DNA from: Toensbergia leucococca
Lineage: Eukaryota
Assembly: GCA_022813965.1 (NCBI GenBank)
Contig: JALDZS010000088.1
Span: 1 to 64,000, forward strand
Direction: 5' to 3'
Length of the DNA: 64,000 nt
Positions 12,484 to 25,900 of the stretch are shown here, in pieces (the stretch's first letter is position 1; each line of letters opens with the position of its first letter). The notes under the pieces are model-generated. The model was not told the DNA's origin. It saw only the letters and a list, made by a program, of their open reading frames with translations, and ran no database searches. Made by a program: the position numbers and the translations under genes.

Positions 12484-14633
12484 ATGAATTCATCCACCCG
12501 TTCTATACATTCAGAGTACGACCGGATGCACGGGGGCAAGGGCGCAATCAAGCGCCTACCCAGCGCGGCGGGAGCATTATCTACGCAAACACAGCCAGAG
12601 GAAGGAGGTTCCGAAGTAAGCGGCGAGGGAACAGACGAAAATGATGGTAGTGATCACGGCCTAGAGGCAGACGAAGAAGCTGATGAGACAAGCGATGCAG
12701 ATGCATCGGCCCCGTCTGATCGCGCGATTGACGCAATCGGGCTTCAGACGGGGCTTACCACTGGAATGACAGCTAAGCGCGACGTATGTGCCGCGCGAAA
12801 GCGATTGCGAAGTCCTACTCTCTCAGACGACCAGCAACAGGTTGGGACACCCAAGAGAGCTCGGACACATGCTGTTTTGATTAAGAATGCAGTTGATAAA
12901 TCCGATGACGATGACTATAATGGTGTTGATCTCATCAGTGATTCAGAAGAAGAGGACCCAACTGTCGAGCAACTTGAAGAAAGGATTATAATAGACTCTG
13001 AAGAAGAAAACACCAACGAATGGACTTCTCCAATCATCCAAGCAGATCCAACTAGCTTTTCGTCTGATGGCTGGGAAGGATTTGGTCTAGGCGATGGCAT
13101 GTTCCTCGAGGACGTACCTTTCTTTGATGAGCAAATTGGTCGTACTGATCCGGCTGTTCTTGCCACTGAAATTGAGATGTTCGACACGGCACCCTTTTTC
13201 CGAGCTAGTGTTGACCCGAGTCCACCGCCTCGTCGAGTACATTTCGCCGATGCTGTGCAGCATCATTCGGACAGCACAAGTACCTTTGCGTCGGACTTCG
13301 ACGAGGATACCTTTCCAGATATGTTTCTACAGCAGGAGAATTTAGATCCTGCCTTTCGACAAATGATCGAGAATGAAAACGATGGTGATGATGGTCAATC
13401 AATAACAGATGGTGAGAAGTCTTACTGGGTGTATGATGAGCAGGAAGATGGCAGACTTGAACAAAAGGAAAATGATAGCGAGAACTCCGACGACTCGTAC
13501 GGAAGTTCGAGCGGATACGAAAGTGGGTTTTCAGTTCATGAATATATACATTCGCGTATGACTGACATTGCTTGTGTTCAGCTGATGAGGGTGAGACTAC
13601 TGACGAAGAAGTCATACCACCATCTACTATCACTCGACCGCAATCACTTCTTCGTCGCTCGTCCCTGTCTTCGTTCAATGATGAAAGAGTGACAACACCA
13701 AGCCCAGTACAGAAGTCTAAAACTGTTCCTGTCTCTCGGCGCTATGGTCCGTCTATGGGATCTTGGATTGCCGATCCAACGAAGCCTATTGCAGTCATCG
13801 ACAGTACTGGCAAACACATGGTCATCATCCCCGCCCAGCGACCAGTAAAAGTTGATAAGCTGTTTGGGCAAATCGTCAGCAGTAGCAGTAGTACCGCTAA
13901 TGATAGCCCTCGCGCTTCATTTACGGGTCTTGCAAATGCAATTGATGACAGCGAGAACGACCGCAGTGACTTCTCGGGACGCAATTTTGTTGGCCCTATG
14001 CTTGGGGCTGGTACAAACTTGATGATGCCTGGTCTTCTTCATGGTGGCCCAGGTAGTGAGCAACTTCTAGGTGGCCAAGTTCTCGGCCCTCCCGAGGCAT
14101 TCTATCCTTTCACGAGCATTGGCGCCGATGGAAACGTCATGGAAGAGCAAGATGATGACGATGACGACGATGGTGACGGCGAAGATCTTTTGAATGTTCA
14201 TGACTTCATTGACTTTGGTGACGATTCGTCAGGTAGCGATCACGAGCAGAACAGTGGAAGTCAGAGACCGCATTCTACGACCGCTCCATTGACCAGAGCT
14301 AAAAATTCCAAACCCTCTAAGTCTAGGACGACAGGCAACAACGAGTCGTCTACTCAAAGTATGCTAGATCACTTTGATAAGGGTGTAGTTTCCGCCTTTC
14401 GTCGTAACCAACATCGGCATCACACAGCATTGCGCCGTCCACCTATCAACATATCATCGCGAGGTAGTTCCGCGATCAAAGGCGGCAGACACATTGCTGC
14501 AAATACCTTAATCAGTCCGGTGAGGAAGCGAAGGTTAAGTAACAGTATTGGTATGGGTAAGGACATGGGCCCGCCTAGTGTCATTGCGACAAAGCGAAGA
14601 CTTATGAGCTCTCATAAGAAGAGTCAAAGATAG
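12484..14633 (+). CDS. Ifh1/Crf1-like transcriptional coactivator of ribosomal protein genes, 2 exons (intron 13523-13581)
   Basis: Very acidic protein. The spliced junction gives SSGYETDEGETTDEEVIPPS followed by GPSMGSWIADPTKPIAVIDSTG. From memory this parallels the yeast Ifh1 forkhead-binding region (STDED..LPP ... PKLGTW..D.KPF.IIDG). The start codon is uncertain. Confidence 0.7.
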
Positions 14634-15385
14634 CCGTCCCAGTGTTGTAGAGAAGAGTTAGAGAAGAGATGAGATTCTTGAAGGGAAGTTGGGGAAATAC
14701 TTGCACTTGATGCTAGAAAGTCAAAGGGGTAATTGTTTTACGATTGACGAACGACGAAGCTACGGCCTAAGGTGTTGTGTCTTCTCGCGTCGAACACAAA
14801 CACAGGTTTCATACGGGATCCAGATGAATTGTTCGGAGATTCTTTGTCGCGGTACATGGTGTCTTTTCCTTCGGGGTCTGTGGGTTGCGATAGCCAGGTT
14901 CGGAGTATGCTGAAAGGACAACGCTGACGATGACTTTTCATCTGTCTTTTTGTCTGGGCGAGTCACGCTTTTGCAAGGCCTGATCTTCTAGATACCACAA
15001 AAGTATGTCTGCTTTGGTTTCTTTTTCTCTAAAAGGGTATTACTGGCCTAGATTGTAGGAGTTGGCTACAGGCTTCAGGTTCCTCTACTACGCTAGACAA
15101 TAAATACATGAGGTTTTGGAATTGCTTGTCCTCGCCCTTTTGTCATTGCTAAGGGAAAGCATGTTGCTTGCAGGAATCTGCGTGTCACTTGCTTTTCACA
15201 AGATACGAGTACCATACTTTGACTACTACCATTCAGGCTTTGGCATCGACTAGTCTTTGATTATGCTCTATTGTCTCCCGTTCCCGGAATCTTCTTGCAC
15301 GAGGCATGACGATTCTGTCCGGCTTTCGTCTCCTATCACGGAGCCTGTGATCCCTGGAGGGCATATATGATATGCCAGGAATTCC

Positions 15386-15694
15386 ATGGTGGCGCAGGCT
15401 ACTGATAAAACTCCTCAAGTATCATTTCTCTATGCTTGATAAGCGCTTTGTTCTCTCAAGATTCCCGAGGAAGGAGATGCCGCCATTATGATATTGTTTG
15501 ATTCGCCCTCCGATCTTATAGCAACGAGTGTACGATTCAGGGCCACAGGACGCGATTCCGATCCTGGTGGCTTTAAAAACCTTGCCAAGACAGTTGACAA
15601 TTCGTTTCCGAGGAGCTTCATCAGTATCTATGAAGGCCACATCACTTTCAAAATCATTCACCGCCATTGGGATTCTCTACTATATGAAGCTTAG
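15386..15694 (+). pseudogene. Orphan gene fragment with an apparent intron, family unknown
   Basis: MVAQATDKTPQ|GTATCA..CAAG|IPEEGDAAIMILFDSPSDL...YEA* reads in frame. An in-frame stop lies just upstream. No family recognised. Confidence 0.3.
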
Positions 15695-16094
15695 AACCTA
15701 GACAGTTGAACATTCTTTTTACTTACGTCTTCCTTCTATATATACGCTAGTTCAAGTCCTGTCCTGTTTACCTACTTACATACAGGTCTGTCTAGCTTTC
15801 TACGTATATTTGCATCTAGCTTTACGCGTATGTTGATGGCCTTTGCTGGACTTGTCTCGAAGAGCATTTTAGCGATATATTCGACGAACATCTACATCTA
15901 ATTTACGATTTGTTCGATCACACCATACTTTACTAAGGGCAGAGACTAAACTATCAAGCCCACATGTCCTGAGCCCAACAGACAGGGCAAGATAAATGAG
16001 GCGAACTTCCGCCAAGTCGACCATGTGACACAAGCGCTTAACAGCGACTTAAATAGGAGATGTTAGATTAATCAGAGTACAATATGACCTTCTC

Positions 16095-16830
16095 ATCTGA
16101 CAGGTGTTGAGGGCATTGGGAAAGATGGATGCAGTGGGGTACCGTAAGCTCCCCCTTCCTTTAGAAAGACAGATGTTAACTCGAAAACAAGGATATATTG
16201 AGGATGAAACGTCAACGAGAAATCGTGAAATTTGGCCAGAGGCATAGCCCACATTCTGGAGGTTCACATCAATCCACAAAAATCTTCAAGAAAATGACAA
16301 TTTTCGAATCGCGTCTGAATATCTCAAGTAGATGCTATAAATCTCAGACGTCAGAAGAATTCAATCACAATCTGAGAGCAGAAAATTAGTAATTGGCGAC
16401 TGGGCAAGATGCCCAATATATATGGCGTCTGCGTTTAAGACTTCTTTGGATCATAGTAAGGCCACGCATTTTTCCCTCGAGAGCATCTTCACCTACAATT
16501 TTCACTGTGGATACAAAGACGACAACCACCGCCACCCTTGGAGCAGAGAACTTGACGATCGCCATTGCAGCCACAGAACCAATGGATAGCGCCGGGAAAA
16601 CACGCTGCAAACATAAATGAGTCTCTAGAAACGGTGACTAACGACGATAATAATACTGTCGAAGTTGAAGGAAGAAGCCGGAACGGGCCCCTTTATCATT
16701 ACAGGATATGGGGGCGAACACAGGACCTCCTACACCCTTCAAAAACTTGACGGTAAAAAGGTACCGAATACCTACCACGGCGATCATCTACAGCCGTTTC
16801 GCTTGAGAGAGGATTTACGGGATAATGAGA
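16095..16830 (+). mobile_element. Highly degenerate Ty3/Gypsy LTR retrotransposon relic (protease-like and integrase C-terminal fragments)
   Basis: 16680-16810 translates GPFIITGYGGEHRTSYTLQKLDGKKVPNTYHGDHLQPFRLR, a typical GPF/Y integrase C-terminal module. 16100-16270 has frameshifted VEGIG..VGY..LP and RGIAHILEVHI segments resembling a Gypsy aspartic protease. RT and RNase H are not recognisable. Confidence 0.65.
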
Positions 16831-18664
16831 AAACGGTGAGCACGAACCATCCGGAAGTCAACCAAGAAAGATTGATTTTCAGAGTCCCAGGCAAGACGTA
16901 AAACTGCGTTCCCCCATCACCAAGGTTGGTAATGAGGATATCAGCGAACCGAAGTATAGGCCTCGAGTCCTCGGCGCTGACCACTGTCCTGGATAAGACA
17001 CGAGACTACGCTCCTATCATCAAATGCAGAAGCAAGCCTTTTGTTTGTGGCCCGCTTCCCACTACGTTGTCCCCATCTTTCGCAGGAGACCTGCAATCCA
17101 TGAGTTGAACCTTTCGATGACGGATACTATCGATTTCCAAATATGAATTCACGAGGTCATCAATAATTTGAAGTCTTGGTTCGCCAGTATTCCGTATCCG
17201 AGTTTAGCATCTGAGTTCGCTAGCGACCTTGAAAACCTCACCTTCACTACAATCCTCATCTGTACATCCATTCTACATTCTACATTGTAACTCCATCGTA
17301 CACTACTCATCCACTGGCATATTCTCTTGCCCATTCCCAGACAATATCCCTAGTGTAGGACTACTGAGTGGCAATCTGGGCATACGATGAAAGGACAACA
17401 ATCTTTGCTAATAATCCTAGACTCTCACAACCGGCAAATCAAGCCGACTGCGCCTTGCCCTGAAGCCAACCTAATTTTAGAAGAGATAACTCTGCGTTCA
17501 GAGATTCTCCTCACGCCACACGCCCATTCATTCCATACCACCCCCTTGCCTCTCGCGATTTGCCCGTATGGTTTCTGTATCATAAATTCTCAACAGCAAG
17601 AAAGCAGTCATTGGGCATTTCGTGATCGGCCCCGCCAGACTGCCCAATTAAGAGCCATCGAGCGAGAAGACGTCCGATCTTAAAAAAGTCAAAAAAGCCA
17701 AGGCGGTGCTTAGGTCACAAGCTAAGAGCACTCGAGAGCATGAAAGTAGTAAAGAGCAAGACAGGGTAAGCTAGAACAGCCTCATCCGAGTTCCATCGAA
17801 GGTAGTTGAGGCTCGAGGAATTCCCATATTACATCCTCAGCTGAGAGAACTGTTTGGGCGTTGAAGGGAAGAAAAACTCTCGGACTTAATACAGATTTCT
17901 TGCGCGAGAGCTCGAGCGGCCAACCAATGTACGACTGATTTCACATGGGCAATTTGCCATGAACGAAGTGGTGCCAAATCCTGGTGAGTGGAGTAGGCTA
18001 ATCTCAATTACCAGAATTTGTCACCATTCCGTCCATGACACGTGTCCTATCATCAACGGGATAAGGAGAGCACCAGTACGGGGGCGCCTACGGGCCAGAA
18101 TACTGAGGAGAGCGAGGAGGACAAGGCCCATACTAATAGGGCCAATAGGGATGCCGAGAAAGAGTATTCGACTGGAGAAGGGTCGTACTCCGAGTATGCG
18201 AACGGGATGAGTTGAGTGGTCGCTTTTGTATATACAGTCAAACTCAACAGACAGCTTTCCTGATTGATATACAAACTCGTACGATCGCGAACGAAAATGA
18301 TGACTTTCTGCAGCACGTCAAAGAGTGCGTTGACAAAGTCAAGCAGACGAGAGACTCAAGCTAAAGAGATACTGGGATTACTTACTCTAGAAGCCTCCTC
18401 TAAGACATGCAGACTGAAATAGTGACAGCGTTATATCTGCTGTGCTCTGTTTGAGTTACGCTTCTCTCTCAGAGTCCTTCGATTTGGAAGTGTGCCACCC
18501 GGTCAGATCACAGGAAGTGATAGTAGACAGAGATTTCTTGACCAACCCAAGGCTTGTTGGCATCACTAGGATCACCATGCAGTAAGGGGAAAGATTTTGA
18601 TATTCCTTGAACTTCTCTAACATATCTCTCATGAATCTGTTACATTCACAAGTTACAAAGATCT

Positions 18665-19528
18665 GTGAAAGTCAACACTGAAGACGAGATCGAAGAAGCC
18701 AAAGAGCCTGAACAATGGACCGGAGAGTTCAAGTTCAGCTTGAATGTGAGTTTCAATGATTCGCAAAGCTGGTGGCTAGGTAGCCAATGCTACCTAGATA
18801 AATCGATGCGCTTCTTGCTCCGGAAGACCGAAAGCATAGGTACGCTAAAATGCAAGCTGATTATCCGTACAATAAATATGAAGATAACAAAATCCGGTGG
18901 CGATGCGATAAGCCCTGACATATCCAATGGTGTTTCCGAAGCAAACTCAAAGGCTAGACACAAGACAACGGTCGGTAAGTCTGCGAAAAATTCAATGACA
19001 GAGGTGACTACGCCTTCAAGCACGTCTAGCAGCAAGAGGTCTAGGAAATACACAGTCGAGCAATCGTCACAGACAGAGAATTGAAGGGATCCCCTGAACA
19101 ACTTTAGTGATGACGAGCTAGAAAGAATCATAGAACTCTCCAAGCAGAGCATACCAATGAGATTAACGCCTACATCTATTCCGCTCTCCACCTCGTTACT
19201 CCAGCCCTCCAAATCGGCAGCATGTGATTTTATATTGGTATATCTTGCGTTGTTGGATCGAGCATTGAGGAATTACTGGATTTCTTTCTACACTAGAGAG
19301 CCTGTTAGCCCTGTACAGAATGGACTACTCAGAGTTGACGTCCACCGATTGTTGGAAATCAATTCTCCTTGCGTCACAGGGCACTTGACAATGGAAGTGG
19401 TTAATCAGTTCCCACATTTTATGAGAATTCCTCCACCTTTCTTGAGAACTTTTATTTGCTATATTCAATATGTTCGGCTTATCAACGTACGACCTACTCT
19501 CGCGTTACAACCGCAATATGAAGCCTGA
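18665..19528 (+). pseudogene. Decayed gene of unknown family with a UIM-like motif; probably continues in degraded form to about 21.4 kb
   Basis: ORFs 18665-19084 and 19157-19528 share one frame, separated by a single TGA (19082-19084). The linker reads SDDELERIIELSKQS, similar to a ubiquitin-interacting motif. Confidence 0.45.
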
Positions 19529-21259
19529 AAAGAGTTCAATTTTTCTTTTCATCTCAAATATCAGCTCTCACTTTGTCACCTGAGATATTGAACGCTGCAA
19601 GAGGCACACAACTGCAATTTCTTCGGCAGTCTCTCGGCGTTCCCCTTGCAGGTAAACTCCTCAGTGAGTCCATTGAATTCCTCAAGCCTGATCATAGAAC
19701 GTTTCACTCGCCGCAATGATACTGAGATACAATCTCTGATTATTCACTCGTTTTGTGGGCTCTCAGATTAATGAAGCTTCAAGGCTGAGATTCAATGAGA
19801 AGTCAGACTCACGTCAATATTTTGCTTTCAGCTGAATTGTGATAAGCCAAGGTCGTGAGAAGTTACAATCTTCATCAATCAAAGAAGAGACTGAAATCTC
19901 AACATTTTATCTGAAGATGACTTCATTGATATGATCATGCTTGCAGACAGTTTGAAAAGTATGCTCATCATATAAGGTATGATGATAGCAAACAAAATAC
20001 TCAAATCAAGCTTTTCAATATCATCAGGCTGAATGATGAGATTTCAACTCAAATTTCATTTCAATTCATTTGATTAGCCTCTCTTCAGAATTTCCTCAAG
20101 CAGGGAGGTCAAATACCTTCTCACCAGAATTATACTACGGTACAGATAGGTCTGAAGACTATCTGATAATGAATCAGCGCTTCAGTATGAAGATTAACGG
20201 AAGAGGCTTAAAGATATTACGTGATCTTCACTTTCTCATATAGTGTCTAGTCATGGAGCTGGAAAAATTGAAAATTCTTGCCGTGAGACATTTTTCAAGA
20301 TGGGGGATACTACACGACCTCACGATTGACGAGGAAGAACTCCTATCAACAAGCGAAATTCAGAGAAGCCCTTCTCCAATCACAATTCAACCCCGAATCT
20401 GGCTTTACTGCCGATTTTCAGCTACGGCGGAGACTGAGTGTAAACAAGTATCCTGTATTTCACAACAATGGCAGGTGTCAATGACGAAGACATTTTACCA
20501 GTATGGTCATAGAATCTATCTCTGAAATAATGTTGTGGCTAGATACGCAACAGGACTAGAGGCCTTATGAATACGGAGACGAAAACATCGAAGCTGTGTA
20601 CCGATGAAGGCGTTAACGATTCTTATTCTCTCGCCTACAAGGTCTTAGAAAATATTGTCGAAGATACGCTATTCAAGGAGGTGGATGCACAAGAATGCAA
20701 TTCCATCTCGTTCCCGACAAAGGATTATGAATGGGATGTACAATGAAGAGCTCGCACGAGCTTTTCGCTGGCAACGTATCAAGAGAAATGGCAGTCATTG
20801 CGTTTGCGCGGGATATATGTAAGACAATTTGGTAGAGACCTGAGACCGGCGAGACCAGGCTTGAATATATAAGTGACCAATATATAACAGCCTCTTCGTT
20901 CATATTGTTAGACTTGCGACAATCAACTTTGCGCACATTCTTCTGATCTCAGCTGATTTATCTTCATATTAGGGAGGACGTACTGGTTGACATCATGAAG
21001 ACATACAAAACCAATGTCCCACCTGAGTCACGAGCCTGCCATTCAGTTTAGAGAGCGAGGACTTCCGAGCCAGTAACCCTAAGCCAGTAAAGTCGGCGGA
21101 TCAAAGATTGGGTCGCCGCAAATCTTGAGTGAATGCAAAGAGCTTCTCATCGCGGAAACGGTTCAACCTGGTCATCCTCATTTGCGCACTTGGCCCAACC
21201 ACGCCCCACCAGCGCCCCCCCCAAATCATCCCGGCCGTCCCAGACGCAGCACTCCTGGC

Positions 21260-21295
21260 CCGCGCCCACCTCGCACACCGCGCCCACCTCGCACA
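21260..21295. repeat. Exact 18-bp tandem duplication
   Basis: CCGCGCCCACCTCGCACA x2. Confidence 0.9.
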
Positions 21296-23399
21296 GGTGT
21301 CTCTAATGTTGAAATAGTTTTGTTGATGCGTTTCGCCACAGGCTGTGTGATTACAAGCAAGGGCGTTAATACATGAAAAGCCTTGATATCGAATCGACTA
21401 CTATTCTAGAAGGCACTAGAACTTCTCCTTGACACCCGAATCTTCAGCTGATAAGATCCTGGAACAAGTTTTTGGACAAATCAATGCCGGCCATTGCACC
21501 AACATACTCAGCGCCGATTGCTGTGACCGTAGCCAGACTCGGACTTTAACTTTCCAACTCACACCCGGTCAAAATTAATAATATAAATAAATGTACAGTT
21601 CTTGAAAAAGTAAGAGACCGAGAAGACTGAAAACCACTAGATCATCGCGGCAGAAAGACTATGGGCGGGGTGGAGATACATAAGGTGTCAAGAAAAACAT
21701 CAGGGGGATGGGGAGGAAGGCAAAGGGAAGGCGAAGTCGAAAATCTGCCTACGTTTCCGTCGAACCAAACTCTGCCACCGGTCACAGTCCGACGGCGTCA
21801 ATTAGGCTCTACCTGAGAATTCCTGCCATCCTCCTATCAAAGGGTAGATCTCAGAATTCCTCATCAATTCAACTGACATTTGTTGCCTATAAAAACAATG
21901 CATAATTATACCACAGAAGAAGTAAACAAACACACCGTTATGGCTGCGTGGTTCACCGTCGACAGAACAATCAAATCTCTTGACACCGGAAGCATAGTCT
22001 TCGTCTCAAATGTCATGCAAAATTATCCTGGCCATGACGCCGCTCCTAAGAACCGCAGGGAGGAGACCGGCACGGCTGACTCGGAATTTATCAGGAAACG
22101 CCTCGAATGGCAAGAGCTGGTACTTCAAAGCATCCATCGCCTCCCACTTATACCATGTCTTTGAAGTGGAATATACCAGTGTTCACTTTGAACAGCCTCA
22201 GTAAAGCTGCGCACATACCGCCTGTCCTCTTCGTAATCACGATAGCTATCATAGATACGCTTTCAAGGTGATGCTATTCTTCTCACAACTTGAAGCTATA
22301 GACTACCAATCTGACGAGGTCTTCATCCTGGTGTCCATGCCTCATGCTGACACAGTAGCGCTTTATGGTCATGCATTTGCTTAGGGATAAATTATCCCGG
22401 ATAATTTCTGCAGCCCTGGAAGTTGGAGTCATGAATTGATTCAACAATCTTCTCGTAAGCTATCCTTCCTGCCTCGCATGTTTTAACGCATGAATTGAAT
22501 ACTAGCTGAGTATGCATTCTAGAAAAATCCTGTCGTTGATCACGATCTTGAAAACCCGCTGGAAACATATATCGCGGAGCTCGTACACTATCAGAAGAAA
22601 AAAGGAATAGTCAGCCGCCTGTTATTTGTCCCATTAGCAATCCTAGCGGCTTCCCTATCCCACGCTGTTCGGTCCAGACCGTGCTCGTGCCTAATGAGCC
22701 AGACTCGCAAGGCGATCTGGAATGACGATGAGGAAGAGATCACTGGTTGGGAGGAGGTGAACAATAAATCTCATGAGCTATTGACTGCCGAAGAGTTCTC
22801 TTATTGTCAGTTTGAGACTTTAGCCGGTACTTCCAAGGCTCCAAGAAGCGCATTTAGATCATCCTTTACTGACTGCCTACTCTTTACGTTCAAATAACCT
22901 TGTCAGAGATGAAGCTAGAAGATCTGGTCGGTCGAGTAGAAAGACAGTCCAATAGAGAAACCAAGACCCATTCCAGATACCGGCTTGGACTTGCTGGTTC
23001 GATACTAACGCCTCAACCGAGGAGTCGAGTATGTGCTTTTTGGGTCGACTTGCACACTAACGGTACTAGATGGAGTTAAGATCCACCATAAGGCAGACAA
23101 GTTCGTAGCGTGTAAAGACCTCTTGAACAACGGTACTTTCGGGGAAGGTTTTCGATGCTGTTGTGTGCTTGTCACAAGAGAAGTTGAACGTACCCAAGAA
23201 TTCTTTACAGCAAAGCTTAGATCGTCAATACCATTGACAATATCGATCTCGATGCCTTAATTACCCTTTCCCTTGTCGCTTCAGCCACGACATATCTCCA
23301 CTTTTCTGACATCGTGAAAATTTATTTTCTTTAAATGTATACTTCTTCACCCTATGCCTTGCATCTGCTGGTTCATTCCAGGAAACCGTGCTTTGTGAA

Positions 23400-25900
23400 A
23401 GACATGATGGCAGATGCGTTGGCCAACCTGGACTCACCGATCCTGCAGGCTATTCACACAATGTCCATCCAAAGCCACGGCCGACGGGAGAGATCTATAA
23501 AAAGTGTTAAATGCCAGTGGCCGGGGGAGACATCCCACTGATGATTTGGAGACAATTCCATAATTTGGGTGGTTGAAGAAAAAGACGGAACGTCTCTTGC
23601 TAGGCGACCTCTTCCTGGTTTTCCTTTTCTTGTACCCCCTAGGCAAATTATACTTGCGCCTCTTCATAGGCGCTGGACATCCAGCAAGAAATTGAGGAGA
23701 CACTGATCAAAAGAGCTGATGGAATGTAGGCTTGTCAGCGTGTTTGGATCCAGATAAGGGTTGATTTCACTTATCTAGATTTCAATGGGCTGTGTGTCAG
23801 CTTCATGTCCACGATAAGACCAAAGCTACCCAGCTTAGATACTTATTTCAGCTCGGTCAAGCTTCGATGTGATTTGACTAAACGGATAATTCTAGGCTCA
23901 TATGAATAAATCAAAAACAAAAAAAGACTGTGAGAACTCTTACACTTTGTGTGTGGTCTCATATGCTGAAAAGCGGTTTCGAACCATATTCAGTTATGAA
24001 AAGATGGACTCACCAATTTTGATAAAGACTGATACGTCAAAGCAGTGTAGGATAAGTATCAAGTGTGCAAAGAATGAGATACAACGAGAAACACTCATTG
24101 GACAACAGTCATGTTACACAAATTCTATCTATGACTACCCTGGGTCGGGATTGTGAGAAGCCAATCAAGCCCAGATCGTCCAAAACCTCAGCCTCTACTG
24201 TTACCTTCAACGATCGCAACTGGCATAAATCCCTCGTCTGTGGACCCTGACGAACCTATTGCAAACTGAATGGCAGCGTATAATGATGGAGGCATTCAAT
24301 CATGATGGGTACTACGGCCTGGCCATCACAACATACAACTATGCTGCTGCAGAATTTGACCGCCAGAAGCCAACCTCCTCATGGGCCACGATTATTCAAG
24401 ATCCAGAATCCAAAAGGATGTACTTGTTGTTTCTGCTAATAACTTTACCGGATTTCTATTATTCGTTCATTGATCCGAAATACATTGCCTTATGACTACT
24501 ATCATGATAAGGGACTTTGGTCATACGTTGACAAGTATATGATATCTGAAGAGTTTTCAGGTGTATACACCAATATTTCAACAATAGGTGCAGATACTTC
24601 ACCCTATGTCATAGCACGTCAAATTGTGAGAGAAGAATGCTTCAGTAAAAATTACAAAGCTGGGTTTTGAACCTGGTCCGATGGCCCCTTTTTACAATGT
24701 CATTGAAGACTTCAAATGCAATATTTCAGTTAAGTCTTCGTACTTTTACGTCCAACGCCATCCTGAGGGTTGCAACCAATCAGATACTCAGGCGTTCCAT
24801 GAGAATCGTTCTCATTAACAAGATGGAGAAGACAGACAAGTCATATCTAATCGAACAGAAACAGTATCAATCCGCATCAATCACTTGTTGATATCTCACC
24901 GCAGAATCTGAATGAAAAGGAGTCGGGTTTTCTGGGCGGCAGCTGACCAGTATGCCGCTTTTTGTACCTTCATTTTGTTCCTCATTGTCAGATTTTGAGG
25001 AATTTGGGATGAACGTCACAAATCATCGCTGGAGGTAGAACGTGAGAGCCGAGGAAGGCAACATTTACACCGGAAAGTCACCGTTCACACAATCCTGTAC
25101 AAGTCACCTCGACAAAGAGCAGGCTCGACGACAAGCCTATCAGAGTGATAAACTATCAAAGATCTCAACGACAAGGCATTCCAGAGAATTCAAGGCCAAG
25201 CACCACAAGAAATGCGACTGAAATACGCCAAGTACTACGCAATTGCTCGCATGGTAGTGAGACGGCAATTATTTGATGTCCCGGGCCATTTTGAAGATAT
25301 GTCTCACGCCAAAGGCCGTGACTATCTGACAATGACACTCACCGAGTCTGTCTGGGATCGTCCCAGGATTGAGAGGTCATCAGATCAACTTGCAAAGCTC
25401 CGAGGTAAGCTTGAATAACTCTTGAATTTGAGAGAAGGCGTCAATCTAGCTCCAGATGAACTGAGACAGCTCAAAGCTGAAGAACAGCGAGCAAAAGTCC
25501 ACCGAAAGAGAAAGGAGAATTCAATCTTCCAAAGAATTTGAGGGGGCGACGTAATAAGATATAAAGGCATTGTCAGTTCCAGTACCCTGTCCGTTCAAAG
25601 CATCCTGTCGTGGTTGCAGCAAATGAAGCTAGAGATCATTTCAGAGATGACTACATCCCTAGCCTCTGCTTTAATCTCCGCACTTGCTACGTAACCAGAG
25701 GATTGAAATGTTGATGATGCAACGTGGATCCTCCAGGATAGGATTCGCCCACGAACAAGAGGCGCTGTAAGAAACACATGAAAGACACCCTAATCAATCG
25801 ATGGCACACTCAATTGAGAACGAGAAAGCTACCTATATGACGGAATCGAAGCGTGCTTTTCAAGCTTGCGGCTATGCTGCTTCATTGCAGGAATGATGTG
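23400..25900 (+). pseudogene. Probable decayed protein-coding gene(s), family unknown
   Basis: Chain of short + strand ORFs with protein-like composition in shifting frames (24259-24495, 24470-24670, 25212-25418 and the read-through beyond it), interrupted by stops. Confidence 0.35.

Noticed and set aside
22388..22406. Short perfect inverted repeat AAATTATCC-C-GGATAATTT (similar one at about 52752-52769)
   Set aside because: Arms of 7-9 bp are expected by chance in 64 kb, and there is no MITE structure.
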